Part shown: positions 33,530-44,749 of the stretch, piece by piece
Layout of the letters: every line of letters begins with the position of its first letter
Numbering within the stretch: the stretch's first letter is position 1
Source: Macrostomum hystrix
Taxonomy: Eukaryota; Animalia; Platyhelminthes
Reading direction: 5' to 3'
NCBI GenBank assembly: GCA_950097015.1
Contig: CATNEN010000032.1
Span: 744,001-808,000 of the forward strand
Length of the DNA: 64,000 nt
Notes under the pieces: generated by a model
What the model was told of the DNA's origin: nothing
Database searches by the model: none
What the model saw: only the letters and a program-made list of their open reading frames with translations
Program-made: the position numbers and the translations under genes

Positions 33530-34170
33530 CCAGGTTACCCACCGATCAACACTCAAGATCTGTTATCGAGAAACGTATGTCTTCACCAGCATCGCACTGA
33601 GAACGCTGCACACGAGGGTGGTAAGCCCAGAAATGACTGTTAAGGTGCAGAAACATTTGGTCTCAGAGGAGGACTGTGAGTCCTGGGAGAAAGGTTACCG
33701 GACTCCAGATGGCACCCTTGAGGACGACGGGAAAGCCCCGAACAAAGCTGAACGATTCACTACTCATGTTTGGCCGGCAGAAGAATTGGAACCAACGGCT
33801 AGCACCCAAACCAGATACACGAAATCAGCGTCCACGCTGATAACGAAAATTCCGTTCTTCGTGGAGAATAAGAAAATGTCATCGCTATACATCCCACTAG
33901 GACATTGCAATTACACCATAGGAAAATGTCTTCACGAGTCCACTCTAGAGGTCGAGAGGGATGCGCCGTTGGAGAGACAGGTACCTAATAAACTATGGGA
34001 AGCTCTGAGATACTACGACACAACATTCAAGGTAGCTGGAGAACGCCAGTACAGATATGTCTGGACACCCAGCGCTGAAATCAACTGCCCTTACCAGGAA
34101 GACAAGCGAATAGAAGGAACTATTCACACAGGATGGCTCATGTCTAAGGACGCCACCTACGCTTTGACTT
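33520..34170 (+). pseudogene. env: Env-like glycoprotein ectodomain continuation (frameshifted, truncated by CACTA)
   Basis: KICYRETY...VSEEDCE...GHCNYTIGKCLHEST...YVWTP...CPY cysteine pattern resembling class III (rhabdovirus G-like) fusogens; N-glycosylation sequon NYT. Confidence 0.55.
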
Positions 34171-35201
34171 CCCGGGGAAAAAATCACACTTCACTTGCTA
34201 AGTTTTATTAAGTCATGTTACTATGCTTAGCAAGTACTTGCAAGTACTTCCCAATTACTTACTAAGTAGTAGCAAGTTGGGCAAGTTAAAGAGTAAACTT
34301 GTTAAGTCTTAATATGTTTCATATGTTTATGCGCATATTGAATAGATATACGCTAGATATGTTTGGGATGCAAATGAAGCTGTGCTTGTAATGATGCACG
34401 TGATTGGTACCAAATCCCGAATCAGCCATGGGTGCTGAGATCCAATAAAATAAAAATAAAAGCTAACGTGAAACCACTATATATTTCTTCATATGATGCA
34501 AATTGGTCACCTGCATGTTAACTCGAGAACTTCAGGACTCGCAATGTCAGAGTCCAGACAGAAAAAACTAAACTAAAAATTAAAAGAAAGCAAGAGAAGA
34601 TACAAACTTACAAAGCAAAGCAGAAGGAAAGCAAAATTACAATGGCTGAATGATCTTCAAACGTGTCAGCACAGAAATACACACAAAAGTGCAAAATGTC
34701 AGGAAATAATGAAACATATTCACTATCTCCAAACTAGAATCACTGGGCTGTGAGTTCCAAAAATGCATATTTTTCTGCCTTTCCTAGAATTAACACTTCG
34801 AATTTATAGAAATATTTCATTATATATATATGGGGAATTGGCTCCAATACAAACGCATTAATGCAGAGGCAGCGACAATGACTGAGTTGGCTCTAAGTGT
34901 TCTGAGCATGATGATTCAAAGTTCATAATCATCGGATGTGGCAATATAAGGGAGTCATTAGTCTGCGTCTTGCATGGGATGCACCCAGAACAAATGAAAA
35001 GTTCTAAAAGCATGTCTGGGCAGAGAGGAAGCTGTAGAAATGCAATATAATAAGCAGCTAGCATTCAGCAAAGGATGTAAAAAACAAACCACTGCACACA
35101 CCATAAGTCAAGCATAAGGAATTGACTATTCGTCCAGCAGGCTTATACAGAAAATTCCAGTTACACGGTTTTTTATGGCGCAATAGGAAAACTTGTCTTT
35201 G

Positions 35202-36209
35202 TTATTCTGACACTGCTGCCAGCCTTCGCCTCCGACGGTTATTTTTCAAGTCGCGGCCGAGCTGGTCCACAGCTTGAACAGCTTCCTCGAGCCTTTCCTC
35301 GTCGTCGCCGAATCGCTGACGGCAAGCTGTATACCACAACTTGATTCGATCTTCATCAAGCGGTTCCCTGCCTGAGTTGCGCTGGCAAGTACCAACGCGG
35401 CCGATGGACAGCTCAACATCAGTCCAGAGCAAGCGCGCTACAGTAGTACCAAAACAGGAGGCAGTGGCGTTACGCCTCGCACAGCTCATCAGGTCAGTGC
35501 CATTGTACATGACAGGTGTCGGCGTCGCTGAAACTGCTGCTAGCGTGGCGTCCGGTTGGAGTTTGCTTGTGGAACTTGACTTCTGGTTCCTGTTCGCCCT
35601 TTTCGCCTGCTTCAGAATGCCATCCAGGGTCCTTTTGATTTCTTTATTCTGTCGCACCAGAGTTCGGAGCAGATTAATGAGCAATTCCTCGTGTCCAGAG
35701 CTGCTAGCTTGCCCAGTGTTGTTCGACTGTGCTGAATCCGCTTGTTGCTCGTCACCTTCACTGTCGTCGCTATCTTGACTGTGGTCGCTATCTACGTTGT
35801 TACCAGCACCATGATCGCAGTTTTGAGCTGTGTGATGCTCCCTATTATCCTCATGAACTTCGCGTGATTCTACAGCATCTGGTGGTGAATGCTCTTGCGA
35901 CACAATTGATGCATTTAGAAATCCAAGACTGTCTGTTGAAGCATTCAGGTTTCCATTGTTCAATCGCTTTTCGAGTCGAATAAGGAGTTTCTGCATGTCA
36001 ACAGGGTCATTTCCTATGGCAATCACTTTAGCCAACGAACCATCTCGCAATTGGATATTTGTACCCTCACGGAGACTGGCCGGGTTAGTTTCGCGATTGA
36101 AGAATGATGATGATGATGGAAGTACCTCATACTTTTGCTCGTCCGTCCAAAAGAGAAGTAGGTAACGCACTGTTGGCAGCTCGAATCGGTGCAGCCCGCG
36201 CCGTGCCAT
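35202..36209 (-). CDS. CACTA accessory protein with coiled coil and C-terminal BEN-like domain, 335 aa
   Basis: FGTTVARLLWTDVEL...REPLDEDRIKLW resembles the BEN consensus; same strand as and downstream of the transposase. Confidence 0.65.
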   Translation of the reverse strand: MARRGLHRFELPTVRYLLLFWTDEQKYEVLPSSSSFFNRETNPASLREGTNIQLRDGSLAKVIAIGNDPVDMQKLLIRLEKRLNNGNLNASTDSLGFLNASIVSQEHSPPDAVESREVHEDNREHHTAQNCDHGAGNNVDSDHSQDSDDSEGDEQQADSAQSNNTGQASSSGHEELLINLLRTLVRQNKEIKRTLDGILKQAKRANRNQKSSSTSKLQPDATLAAVSATPTPVMYNGTDLMSCARRNATASCFGTTVARLLWTDVELSIGRVGTCQRNSGREPLDEDRIKLWYTACRQRFGDDEERLEEAVQAVDQLGRDLKNNRRRRRLAAVSE

Positions 36210-36894
36210 GCTCTGAAATTAGAGATATAACCAACATTACTTTTAGTATCCACTGACATCCCTTACAATGACTAAAAAAGTGAATAACATATTTTATAAG
36301 TATGTATATACTTATTACTAATTATCATGGTGAAACGAATACTCTTGATTCCATCAATTAATGGAATTTAGATATAGCTAGGCATATCACCATATTAAAT
36401 CAAAGCAATTTCAAATCAAAGCAAATAAAAGTATTTGCCACTTTAATGCCTCCATAAGTCCTACTGCTTTGTCTCTCCTAAAAAATAAATAAAACCTAAC
36501 CTAGAAGCATTCATTGATACTGAAATATATAAAGTCATTGAAACTTTCTTGGCATTAATCTGAATTCAAATGATTTTAACAAATGAAAGCAATACAAAAC
36601 AAGTTACATGATTTTAAATGAAAGGAAATGTGCATCAGCCTTTTTATATATAGAAAGTTTTCTTTGTACAGGAAAAGTCCATAAAATTTCAAATGAAACT
36701 GCCCTTCAGTGTGACTTAGTCATGTTCATAATCGTGTATAACAGGCACTGCAAAAACTTGCATAGGTTCAACACTCGAAATAGTGATGAATCGGCCAATC
36801 AATGAACTGCACTTTGCCAATCCAATGCTTCCTGTAGTCAGCACCTTAAATGGTGAAATTTCAACCAGAAGTTGAAGCTGTGGGTCATCAGTGT

Positions 36895-38583
36895 TTAGCA
36901 TTCCTTGCAGTGCTGGTGCACAATGAAACTTCTCAACCAAGCAGTAGAATCCAGTGTCAACATTGTAGAAAATATTTTTGATCTTAACATATGTCGCTGT
37001 TCAAGATTTGCAATGGCCAATGACCGAGATGTTGCTTCTTCTTTATATGTCTTGCACTTGAATGTTAAGCCCTTTACTGTAACAGCAGAGAACTCCATAT
37101 CTTTGTCAGATGAAGACACTGATAGCTGATGTTTAATAAGTGCTGTCACACCATCTTTGTCAGTCAGACAGGACTGGATGTTACTAGATTCAACTTTCCG
37201 CATAGTGCAATGTACATGAGAACGTATAAATCGTCTCACAATGAGGTTAGCTTCAGCTCTTGACCCTGTAACCAAACGAGTTAGCTGACCATAGAAACTC
37301 TCGAAGACAAATGCAGAGTGAGACCAAAGTGGACCAAATTGGCAAACTTGGTATGGGAGATGTCCAAGAGCATGAATTGAAAATGTCATTGAGCTGCTTC
37401 CAAAATTTTCAGCCAGGCAATGCTGAAATGCCTTAATAAGCTCACTAGCTTTAGAAATTACAGATGTTGTTACAACTGGAGCTGCCAATAGATGCATTGT
37501 AGTTGAAAGTAATGCATATAGAGTGATAAGTGGTATAGATTGGCAACTAGAACACAAAATAGGAACACTCAAATAGAGAAGAAATAGCTTCCATTCATTG
37601 GCCTTCCATCTGACTGAGTACTTCAATGCACGAGGGCGTCGCTTAAAATCTGTTGAAATAGTCACATTCTTGCAAAGCTGCTTAGATGCATCATCAACAT
37701 TGAATAGCTTCTTCTCAATGGCATAGAGTGTCAATGTTTTTACTACACCAAGATAGACCAGATGCATGCAGTCAAATGGTGCTGCAATAGGTATAGCAAT
37801 AATGCTAACCAATGGAGATGCCCCCTTGACACCATAGGAAGGCTTTTTTGGTGTACCTTTCTTTATATGCTTTTTATGTGCTTGTACATTGCGCAGCTTT
37901 GAGATAGTTGGTGAGTAAGTCATTTTTCGTGCCGCTGTCAGATAGACTCCTTTTGATTCACAAAAATTGCATGCATAATAGCCATTATAGGCAATCATAT
38001 TTAAGCAAGCTGCTTTTGCAGGTAAGTCAGCAATCAAAGCTACAATTCGAATATGAACAGTTGCACCTTGATATTCCATTGAGGCTGCTTCAATTGAATT
38101 GACAACTTCAGTCATAAAATCTTCAAAATTAGGCTTTGATGGACCATAGAAGATCATCAATAGAAGAACATTTTCAAATTTCCTTCTAATACTTGGCTCC
38201 AAGTTCAGAACAACTAATGAGACTGGCCAGATTGCATATCCTTTAGATTTGTGTGTAGGCACAACACCATCACAACTAATTAGACAGTTAATGTATTTCT
38301 TTCCATCTTTTGCCTCTTCTAGGGACTTGAAGTGAAGGCCATCCATAACATCACAGAACCTCTCAGGTTTAGAATAATGAGGATTGAAGATGGATGGAAA
38401 TCGTTCACAAATTGCACCAACTTGCTTAGCAATATCTAGGATATAATATATACCAGATTCTACATGCTTGACCTGCACATCTGTTAGAAAGTCATCTACT
38501 TCAGCTTTCTTGAGACTATAGAATGTTGGGCACAGGTTCCCTGGTGGAAGCACATCACCAATATATTCCAACATCTCTTTCAT
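36895..38583 (-). CDS. CACTA/EnSpm transposase (N-terminus continues frameshifted into 38626-39072)
   Basis: SCDG...IWPV; IADLPAK...NGYYACNFC; DCMHLVYLGV; WKANEWK; IHALGHL...GPLWSHSAFVFES. Confidence 0.88.
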   Translation of the reverse strand: MKEMLEYIGDVLPPGNLCPTFYSLKKAEVDDFLTDVQVKHVESGIYYILDIAKQVGAICERFPSIFNPHYSKPERFCDVMDGLHFKSLEEAKDGKKYINCLISCDGVVPTHKSKGYAIWPVSLVVLNLEPSIRRKFENVLLLMIFYGPSKPNFEDFMTEVVNSIEAASMEYQGATVHIRIVALIADLPAKAACLNMIAYNGYYACNFCESKGVYLTAARKMTYSPTISKLRNVQAHKKHIKKGTPKKPSYGVKGASPLVSIIAIPIAAPFDCMHLVYLGVVKTLTLYAIEKKLFNVDDASKQLCKNVTISTDFKRRPRALKYSVRWKANEWKLFLLYLSVPILCSSCQSIPLITLYALLSTTMHLLAAPVVTTSVISKASELIKAFQHCLAENFGSSSMTFSIHALGHLPYQVCQFGPLWSHSAFVFESFYGQLTRLVTGSRAEANLIVRRFIRSHVHCTMRKVESSNIQSCLTDKDGVTALIKHQLSVSSSDKDMEFSAVTVKGLTFKCKTYKEEATSRSLAIANLEQRHMLRSKIFSTMLTLDSTAWLRSFIVHQHCKEC

Positions 38584-39090
38584 TCCAGCATCGGAAATGC
38601 AATGCTTTGTACCAATGCATAAAAACTAGGCTTTAAAATCTTCTACCTTAATGCCAGCATCCTTATATAGTTCATCACTAGAACTAGAAAGCTCTGATGA
38701 TAAGGATGTATAAGACACAACTATGTCTTGTGCATTTCTACTGAAAGGCTCTGGTTCATCAAAAGGTATAGGTGATGATGAAATTGGTGGCTGAAAGTCA
38801 ATGTCTTCCAAAAATGTAGTATCATGCTGATCCTGAACAGCTTTAGGAAGACATATGCCATGGCTGAGCTCATTAGAAGAATCAGTCTTATTGCTTGTGC
38901 TTGAAGAGCTAGGCACTTCATGACGATAATATGGTTGTTGACTCCTTTTGACCAGGCATCTAGAATAGCGCTTTTCTTTCTTTGATCGTCTTTTGGGCAT
39001 GAGTCCTACATTTCTGCAACAAGCAAATGAAATAATAAAAATCAATGGTTGATCTTTAGCAATATATTTCATGCAAAGAAAATATATTTA

Positions 39091-39825
39091 TGTGAGTCGT
39101 AGGAGTGCTTGGGAGTTGGGTGGGGGCACGTGGTGTTCAATTCATGTTAAGTTGCGATCGTTCTTGTTGTGCATCACAGTGTACATCCTGCCACGTACTT
39201 AGCAAATATATAAATCACTAACTTTGGCCTTAGCCAACTTCGTGCTTTTTGGTTCAGAAGCTTGAGAGCGAAGCACAGCTCCCTCAGCGACTCTCCTTGG
39301 CGTCGCTTCCGGCTCTCGAACTCTGACATGGCGCGGAACGAGTTCTCCTTGCTGCTGTAGAACTTGACGAGCTCCTCCTTGATGCCGGCATAGCTCTTTT
39401 TCTTGTCCTCAGGCAGGTCCCGCACAAACACGAGCGCTTCGCCACTCAGCAGCAGCTTGATTTTCGAAGCCATCTTTGCGTCGCTCCACTCTGAGTCCGC
39501 TGAGAAGTCCTCAAAAAGCTGCAGCCACATGTTGATGTCTGCATCGTCGGCGCCGGAAAACTTGGGTGGCAAAAGTGCATTTGAGTGCGCCATGAGTGAG
39601 CCGGTTTGTGATAGAGGCCGCTGCCACCAATGTAAACTTGCAGGAAGGCGAGACTTGTGAGAGGGAGAAAGCACGAAGTTGGCTAAGGCCAAAGTTAGTG
39701 ATTTATATATTTGCTAAGTACGTGGCAGGATGTACACTGTGATACACAACAAGAACGATCGCAACTTAACATGAATTGAACACCACGTGCCCCCACCCAA
39801 CTCCCAAGCACTCATACGACTCACA
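39091..39825 (-). mobile_element. Fold-back Gypsy fragment: LTR-PBS-gag start closed by an inverted partial LTR
   Basis: Minus strand: 195-bp TG...CA LTR (39825-39631), PBS TGGTGGCAGCGG (39629-39618), gag PPKFSGADDADINMWL; 158-bp inverted arms 39091-39248 and 39668-39825. Confidence 0.88.
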
Positions 39826-40349
39826 TCATATTTAAAATAGCAACAAATATCTTTTAGCCATTGTTTCTTTAAGAATGAAAATATTTCCATCAAAATTATA
39901 TAAATAAAACAAATACATAGGCAAAATTTGTTTTAACCTTTCCCATTAAAAATCTAAACTAAAAATCAAATGTTTGCTTTAAAAATCTAAAAATGTAATC
40001 AGTCCTTAAGTAGAACTTTTAAAATACTAAATGTATCTAATTGCCGTCTTTTTCAATAAATTTGTCAATTGATATATCTTTATAGATAATATTTTATTTA
40101 TCATATCATTTTTTTCTATATTAGAAAGAAAAAATTATATAAGACAACCCTTCAATAAAAAAATAAATCTTCCATATATATTTGACATTTTAAAGGGCCT
40201 TTATTTTGTTAAACAATATCAAAGAAGCACTAGTTACTATTGATTATTATATTATAAGATGCTAGTAGTTCGAACGTATTCGCCGGCGTTGCTACAGTGG
40301 CCACAGCTAAAGACGGCACTGGAAGCCTCGCAAGAGCCTACTCGTCAGT

Positions 40350-40620
40350 AAGAATTTAGGGACGTGAATGTAAGGGCATAAGGAGACACGAGAGCCGAGA
40401 CACTGACACATTGTTAAGGCAGATGGGTCGTCTCGACCGGAAGTCCTATCATTGTGACACTCTCACTCAGGTGCAATCCTGAGGCTAGAACCAGTTTCAC
40501 GGAAAGAACTTTGGGAAAGCGCCTCGCTACCTGAAGAGTCGGACCAGTGAACTAGGGGAAGCCAGGCCCGTCAATCAAATTGAATTTAAGTTTAGAATAA
40601 CGAATAAGTACAAAAGCAAG
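40350..40620 (+). other. Conserved non-coding block shared by A and B (other copy 45684-45960)
   Basis: High identity between otherwise diverged elements; hairpins GGTCG/CGACC, CTCAGG/CCTGAG, TTCAC/GTGAA. Confidence 0.6.
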
Positions 40621-40779
40621 GCTCCATCGAATTCCATGATCAAACATTCACTATTTATTTGGCACTACAGACACATTGAGCAATCATCACAAAAAATACA
40701 CACAACAAAAAGATACACAAACAGACAAACAGTAGGAAGTCAAAGTGTCCAATAAGCGCACGAAGATACCAGGAGCCTA

Positions 40780-41037
40780 TCAGATGGGCATGGCAGTAGA
40801 CGCCGACAGGGGGCTCTGACGCCGCCGACAGCAGACCCAAAGCACTACGAGGCCGAAGAAGACGACGACCAGACCTCCAGCCCCTAGACCGCCAGACAGA
40901 CCCCGAACAGTTGCGAGTCCGCTCTCCAGCGCTGTTGTACGAGACACCTCCTCGGTTAGGCGGGTCTTAAGTCGACGGACACGCTCCTCTAGAAGAGCCA
41001 CGAGCTCCGTCAGTTGGGCAACTTCGTAGGGCGACAT
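40780..41037 (-). CDS. Antisense 85-aa coiled-coil/TM/CCRRR microprotein of element B
   Basis: MSPYEVAQL...LSGGLGAGGLVVVFFGLVVLWVCCRRR; 42/73 identical to 46238-46480 with no gaps. Confidence 0.8.
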   Translation of the reverse strand: MSPYEVAQLTELVALLEERVRRLKTRLTEEVSRTTALESGLATVRGLSGGLGAGGLVVVFFGLVVLWVCCRRRQSPLSASTAMPI

Positions 41038-41746
41038 AACAGAGTTAGTGAAGGTCTTAAACAAGGCGGAAAAGGTCACCTTGAAATGGGCAGGGGGCCC
41101 CGGGGAGGAATAGATATAGCCCAGCCTCAGAAGCGCGGGGGGGCTCAAGTGCGTACTTTACAGCCACCCCTCCGCCGCGGGGAACGGACTATAGAGTACA
41201 TCAGAGAGAGGCCAAACAAAATCATCAGTGCCTCGGGCTATCTTCGAGACCTAAGGTACACCAGGCCCCACAGAAGTCACATGCATAGATTGGACTAAAC
41301 CAACCATTGCCTCAGCAAACGAAAATAGAACACAAACAACAAACACACCACCAAGAATTCAGTTTGCTACGAATAAGCGAGACACAGGCAATTCAGAACA
41401 CATTATATTATAACTCCCTGACACATTGCTATAACCATTACAACACTATGAATTAAGTCATGTTATTGTCCTGAGAGTCCCAGAAATGTTATTATTCACT
41501 TGAGACCTCAAGGAACGTATATTCGCTATCAATACAACGTATTTTGATTTCGGTTTCTTTAAAAACCTCATAACTTATTTCTGTTAAACTCAATTTCAAT
41601 TGAATTTAAACATTAACTACAATAGATAGGCAGTAGCAACGGGTACGCCAGAGAGAACTTGGGAGGAAGTCCAGGAAAATAACCTGAGGGATAAAGAAAA
41701 ACGCATAGGAAAGCCACATGTCCTGGACACCTTTCCAGCAATTACG

Positions 41747-42088
41747 ATGGCCGACAGCGATTACAGCCGCCGCCCTGGAAAAAAATTTGTCGACATCGAC
41801 ATCCGGGGGCGGCCGGTCCTGAAGGCCGACGCGGCCACGCAGGTGGCCGAGGAGGAAATTGACGGCGGCCTGACGGTCGCCACGTCGAAAACCGACCTTA
41901 GAGAACTCTACCTAGAGGATTTTTATCCTACTAGGCAGGTGCACGGCACGTGGCCACCAGAGACCACTTATCGGCCCGAGCCCACCACCAGGCAGTGGCC
42001 CACCATCGATTGTTTCCGGCGTTATTACTGGGACAAATATCAGGTGCCACTGCTGGATGGCTACTACCCGTACTTTTATAATTTATAA
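41747..42088 (+). CDS. Conserved 113-aa orphan ORF before the PPT of element B
   Basis: ATG start, intact; clear homologue at 47204-47533. Confidence 0.7.
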   Translation: MADSDYSRRPGKKFVDIDIRGRPVLKADAATQVAEEEIDGGLTVATSKTDLRELYLEDFYPTRQVHGTWPPETTYRPEPTTRQWPTIDCFRRYYWDKYQVPLLDGYYPYFYNL

Positions 42089-42273
42089 GTAAAACTATAT
42101 TTATCTACGGTGCAGGTCAAATACATTTATTGAGTTCGTTTTTCATCAAGTATCAGATTTCAAACGTCTTATATGTTCACAGATCTACTAGCAGTAAGCA
42201 GATTAGCAACTCGATTAAGACAATAGGCTACATCTCCCTTGACCAGTCAAGGATTTCTTCAAAAGGGGGATGA

Positions 42274-43204
42274 TATAAGACTTAGAAATCTGAAGGGAAT
42301 TTAAGCGAGCGTTAGTTGGAAACTAAAACTAAAAATAGCAACAGCAGAGAGGGCGAGTAACTGAAAGGAGAATTATTAGACAAAACCCGCCCTGAGATCA
42401 ATTAATCATTTCAGCACAAACCCGGCTCGGCAGGGCAGCAGCGGTGCCGACGTAAAGCTGCCTGAGACCGGATCCGCAGCTGTGCTGACGTGGAACGACC
42501 CGAGACCGGACCTGCAGCTGCGCTGACGTGGAGCTGCTGGTATCAACTCGGCCTGTCCCGACCCACAGCTGCCTGCATCGACCCAACCCAGCCGAAACTG
42601 GAGCCGCCCGGACCCGATCGGGAACGAGATCTGGAGGAGCCCGGGACCGCACAAGAAGACGGGATCGATGAAAGGAAAGGGGATAACGAACAGTAGGAAA
42701 GAGATCTCAGTAGAAGGGGGAACGCATCCTAACTCAGCTAAGGCATTTTAAGACTTTTACCCACCCTCCATAGGAGAGGGGTTGGTGTGCCTGCCAACCA
42801 ACTAGTATAATGATAATGACTGTAATAGACTAGAGGCTGCGACCTCAACCCGCATAAATTTTCTCGCCAAATGTTGCTACGGTATTGCCTCCCCTCGGAT
42901 CGAGGGGTTTTAAAGATACTATATATATCGGTGCGGAGCGCGGAAAAAGATTCGCCGCGCGAGTTAGTTAGAGACTCACTTTGAGCTCCGTTTAGATAAA
43001 CTAGAAAATCATTGTGTTTGCGTTCTTTCTTAGGTAGAATCAGCGATAACGATCTAGAGAGATCACTACGACCAGCCGGTATACTGCGTATCGATAGTGG
43101 TTAGGAGTTATAGCCTTCAAGACTTTTAGACTGCAATAAACCGCTAGACAAATTATAGGAAACTACAAGTGAAGAAGAAGAAACATAAAACTTGAAGCGC
43201 TATA
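42274..43204 (+). repeat. 3' LTR of element B
   Basis: Diverged homologue of the A LTRs, preceded by PPT, followed directly by A pol sequence. Confidence 0.85.
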
Positions 43205-44749
43205 TCGAATATGTACCAGGAGCATCAGTCACACACGCAGTACCGGACGCACTCTCAAGGTTATACGACGAGAAACCAATTGACCAAGTCAATTATGTCA
43301 CAATATCGCATCCAATCCCACACCTACAAAGCACTCAAGGACGCCCAGGCGGAAGACCCGTTCTGCCAGCAAATCCGAGTGATGTGGAACGGAGAACCCG
43401 CAGTGGAATCACTGGCCCCGAAGTATAGGCGCCACATTGATAGACACATGGCGGACTACGCGGAGATTGGAGGAGTTCTACACAGAACAGCGGATCAGAC
43501 ACAGCAGATCATCCTACCGTTTCAGTACCGTGAGACCATTTGCCATTCACTACACGCATTGCCATTAGCGGCACATTTGGGATTTGAGAAAACCTTGGAG
43601 AGAATCCGCAGACACTATTTCTGGATTACCATGGTATCCGACATCCGAGGATTCTGCAACAATTGCCTAGAATGCGCCAGGAATAAATCAGGAAAAACCC
43701 ATAAGGGACTGATTCAGTTCTCGGAAATCCCAATGCGACCAATGGACAAATTGTCAGTTGACATAGTGGGTCCAATGGTACCTACTAAAGTGAGAAATGA
43801 AACGGTCACAAACATTCTCACAATTCTTTGTTGCTTTTCGAAATTTGCATTCGCCATTCCGATACCAGATCTCACAGCTGAAACGACGGCATAGACACTA
43901 TTCACAGTGTTTTGTACTTTTGGGATCCCGATAGAAATGTCCACGGACAGTGGAAAGAACTTCACAGCGACTCTACTAGCCGAAGCCTTAGAGATATTGA
44001 GGATTAAACATATTTTGACATCCCCATATAATCCTCGAGCGAACCATGTGGAACGGTTACACTCCACACTACACAATATGTTACGCCACTACACAGCCGA
44101 GAATCCGGACCAGTGGCATAAGTACCTGCAGGCAACGATGTTCGCATACAACACGGCAAAGCAATCTTCATCGACCTACTCGCCATTCGAGTTAGTCTTC
44201 GCCCGCCGACCTCTGATGCCTACCCAACTCACCACTCAGTTGGATCTAGTAAAGTACATGGACGAGCCGTCCTTCGCGACCCGAATGAAAGAAGCTGTCG
44301 TACTAGCCAGAGAGATAGCGAGACATCACCTACAGGTAGCACAAGAGAAGAATAGCGGAAAAGCTAATGCTAATCGCAAACTGACTACATTGGAAGTAGG
44401 CAGTAGAGTTATGCTACAGATCCCCATGAGACAGGGAAAGCACCAGGCAAAATTTACAGGACCCTATGAGATTGTGAAGAGGAGCAGCCAGACTTCAGTC
44501 ACAATCCGGAAAATCGACGACCCAAATCAGGAGTCCTTTCAAGTGCACACCGACCGGCTGAAACCAATGGCCACGTCAACACCACATGTGATGCTTCCTG
44601 ACCTCAGACCGAGCGACCCACAGCGCCACCAGCGACAGCCAAGGCAGCGATTCACCAAGGAAGTGAGCGTGCAGGCAGAGGAGCTGGACGCGCAGGCCGA
44701 CACGGCTCGGAAGAAATACAATCTGAGGAGCAAAGTGAAACTTCCTTGA
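43205..44749 (+). pseudogene. pol: RNase H end and integrase of element A (frameshift and in-frame TAG at 43892)
   Basis: EYVPG...PDALSR; HALPLAAHLG...CLEC; SVDIVGP, STDSGKNF, NHVERLH DDE; FTGPYEI and YNLRS tail. Confidence 0.9.

Larger units (their letters stand above)
34171..40260 (-). mobile_element. CACTA/EnSpm-like DNA transposon (one end apparent, other lost)
   Basis: Transposase and BEN genes; putative end CCCGGGGAAAAAA with ACTTGCTAAG-like subterminal repeats; boundaries approximate. Confidence 0.55.
40261..43204 (+). mobile_element. 3' remnant of related Gypsy element B nested in A
   Basis: Colinear homology with 45590-48681; PPT AAAAGGGGGATGA (42261-42273); diverged LTR 42274-43204 with TATA...TATA ends. 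Confidence 0.85.
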
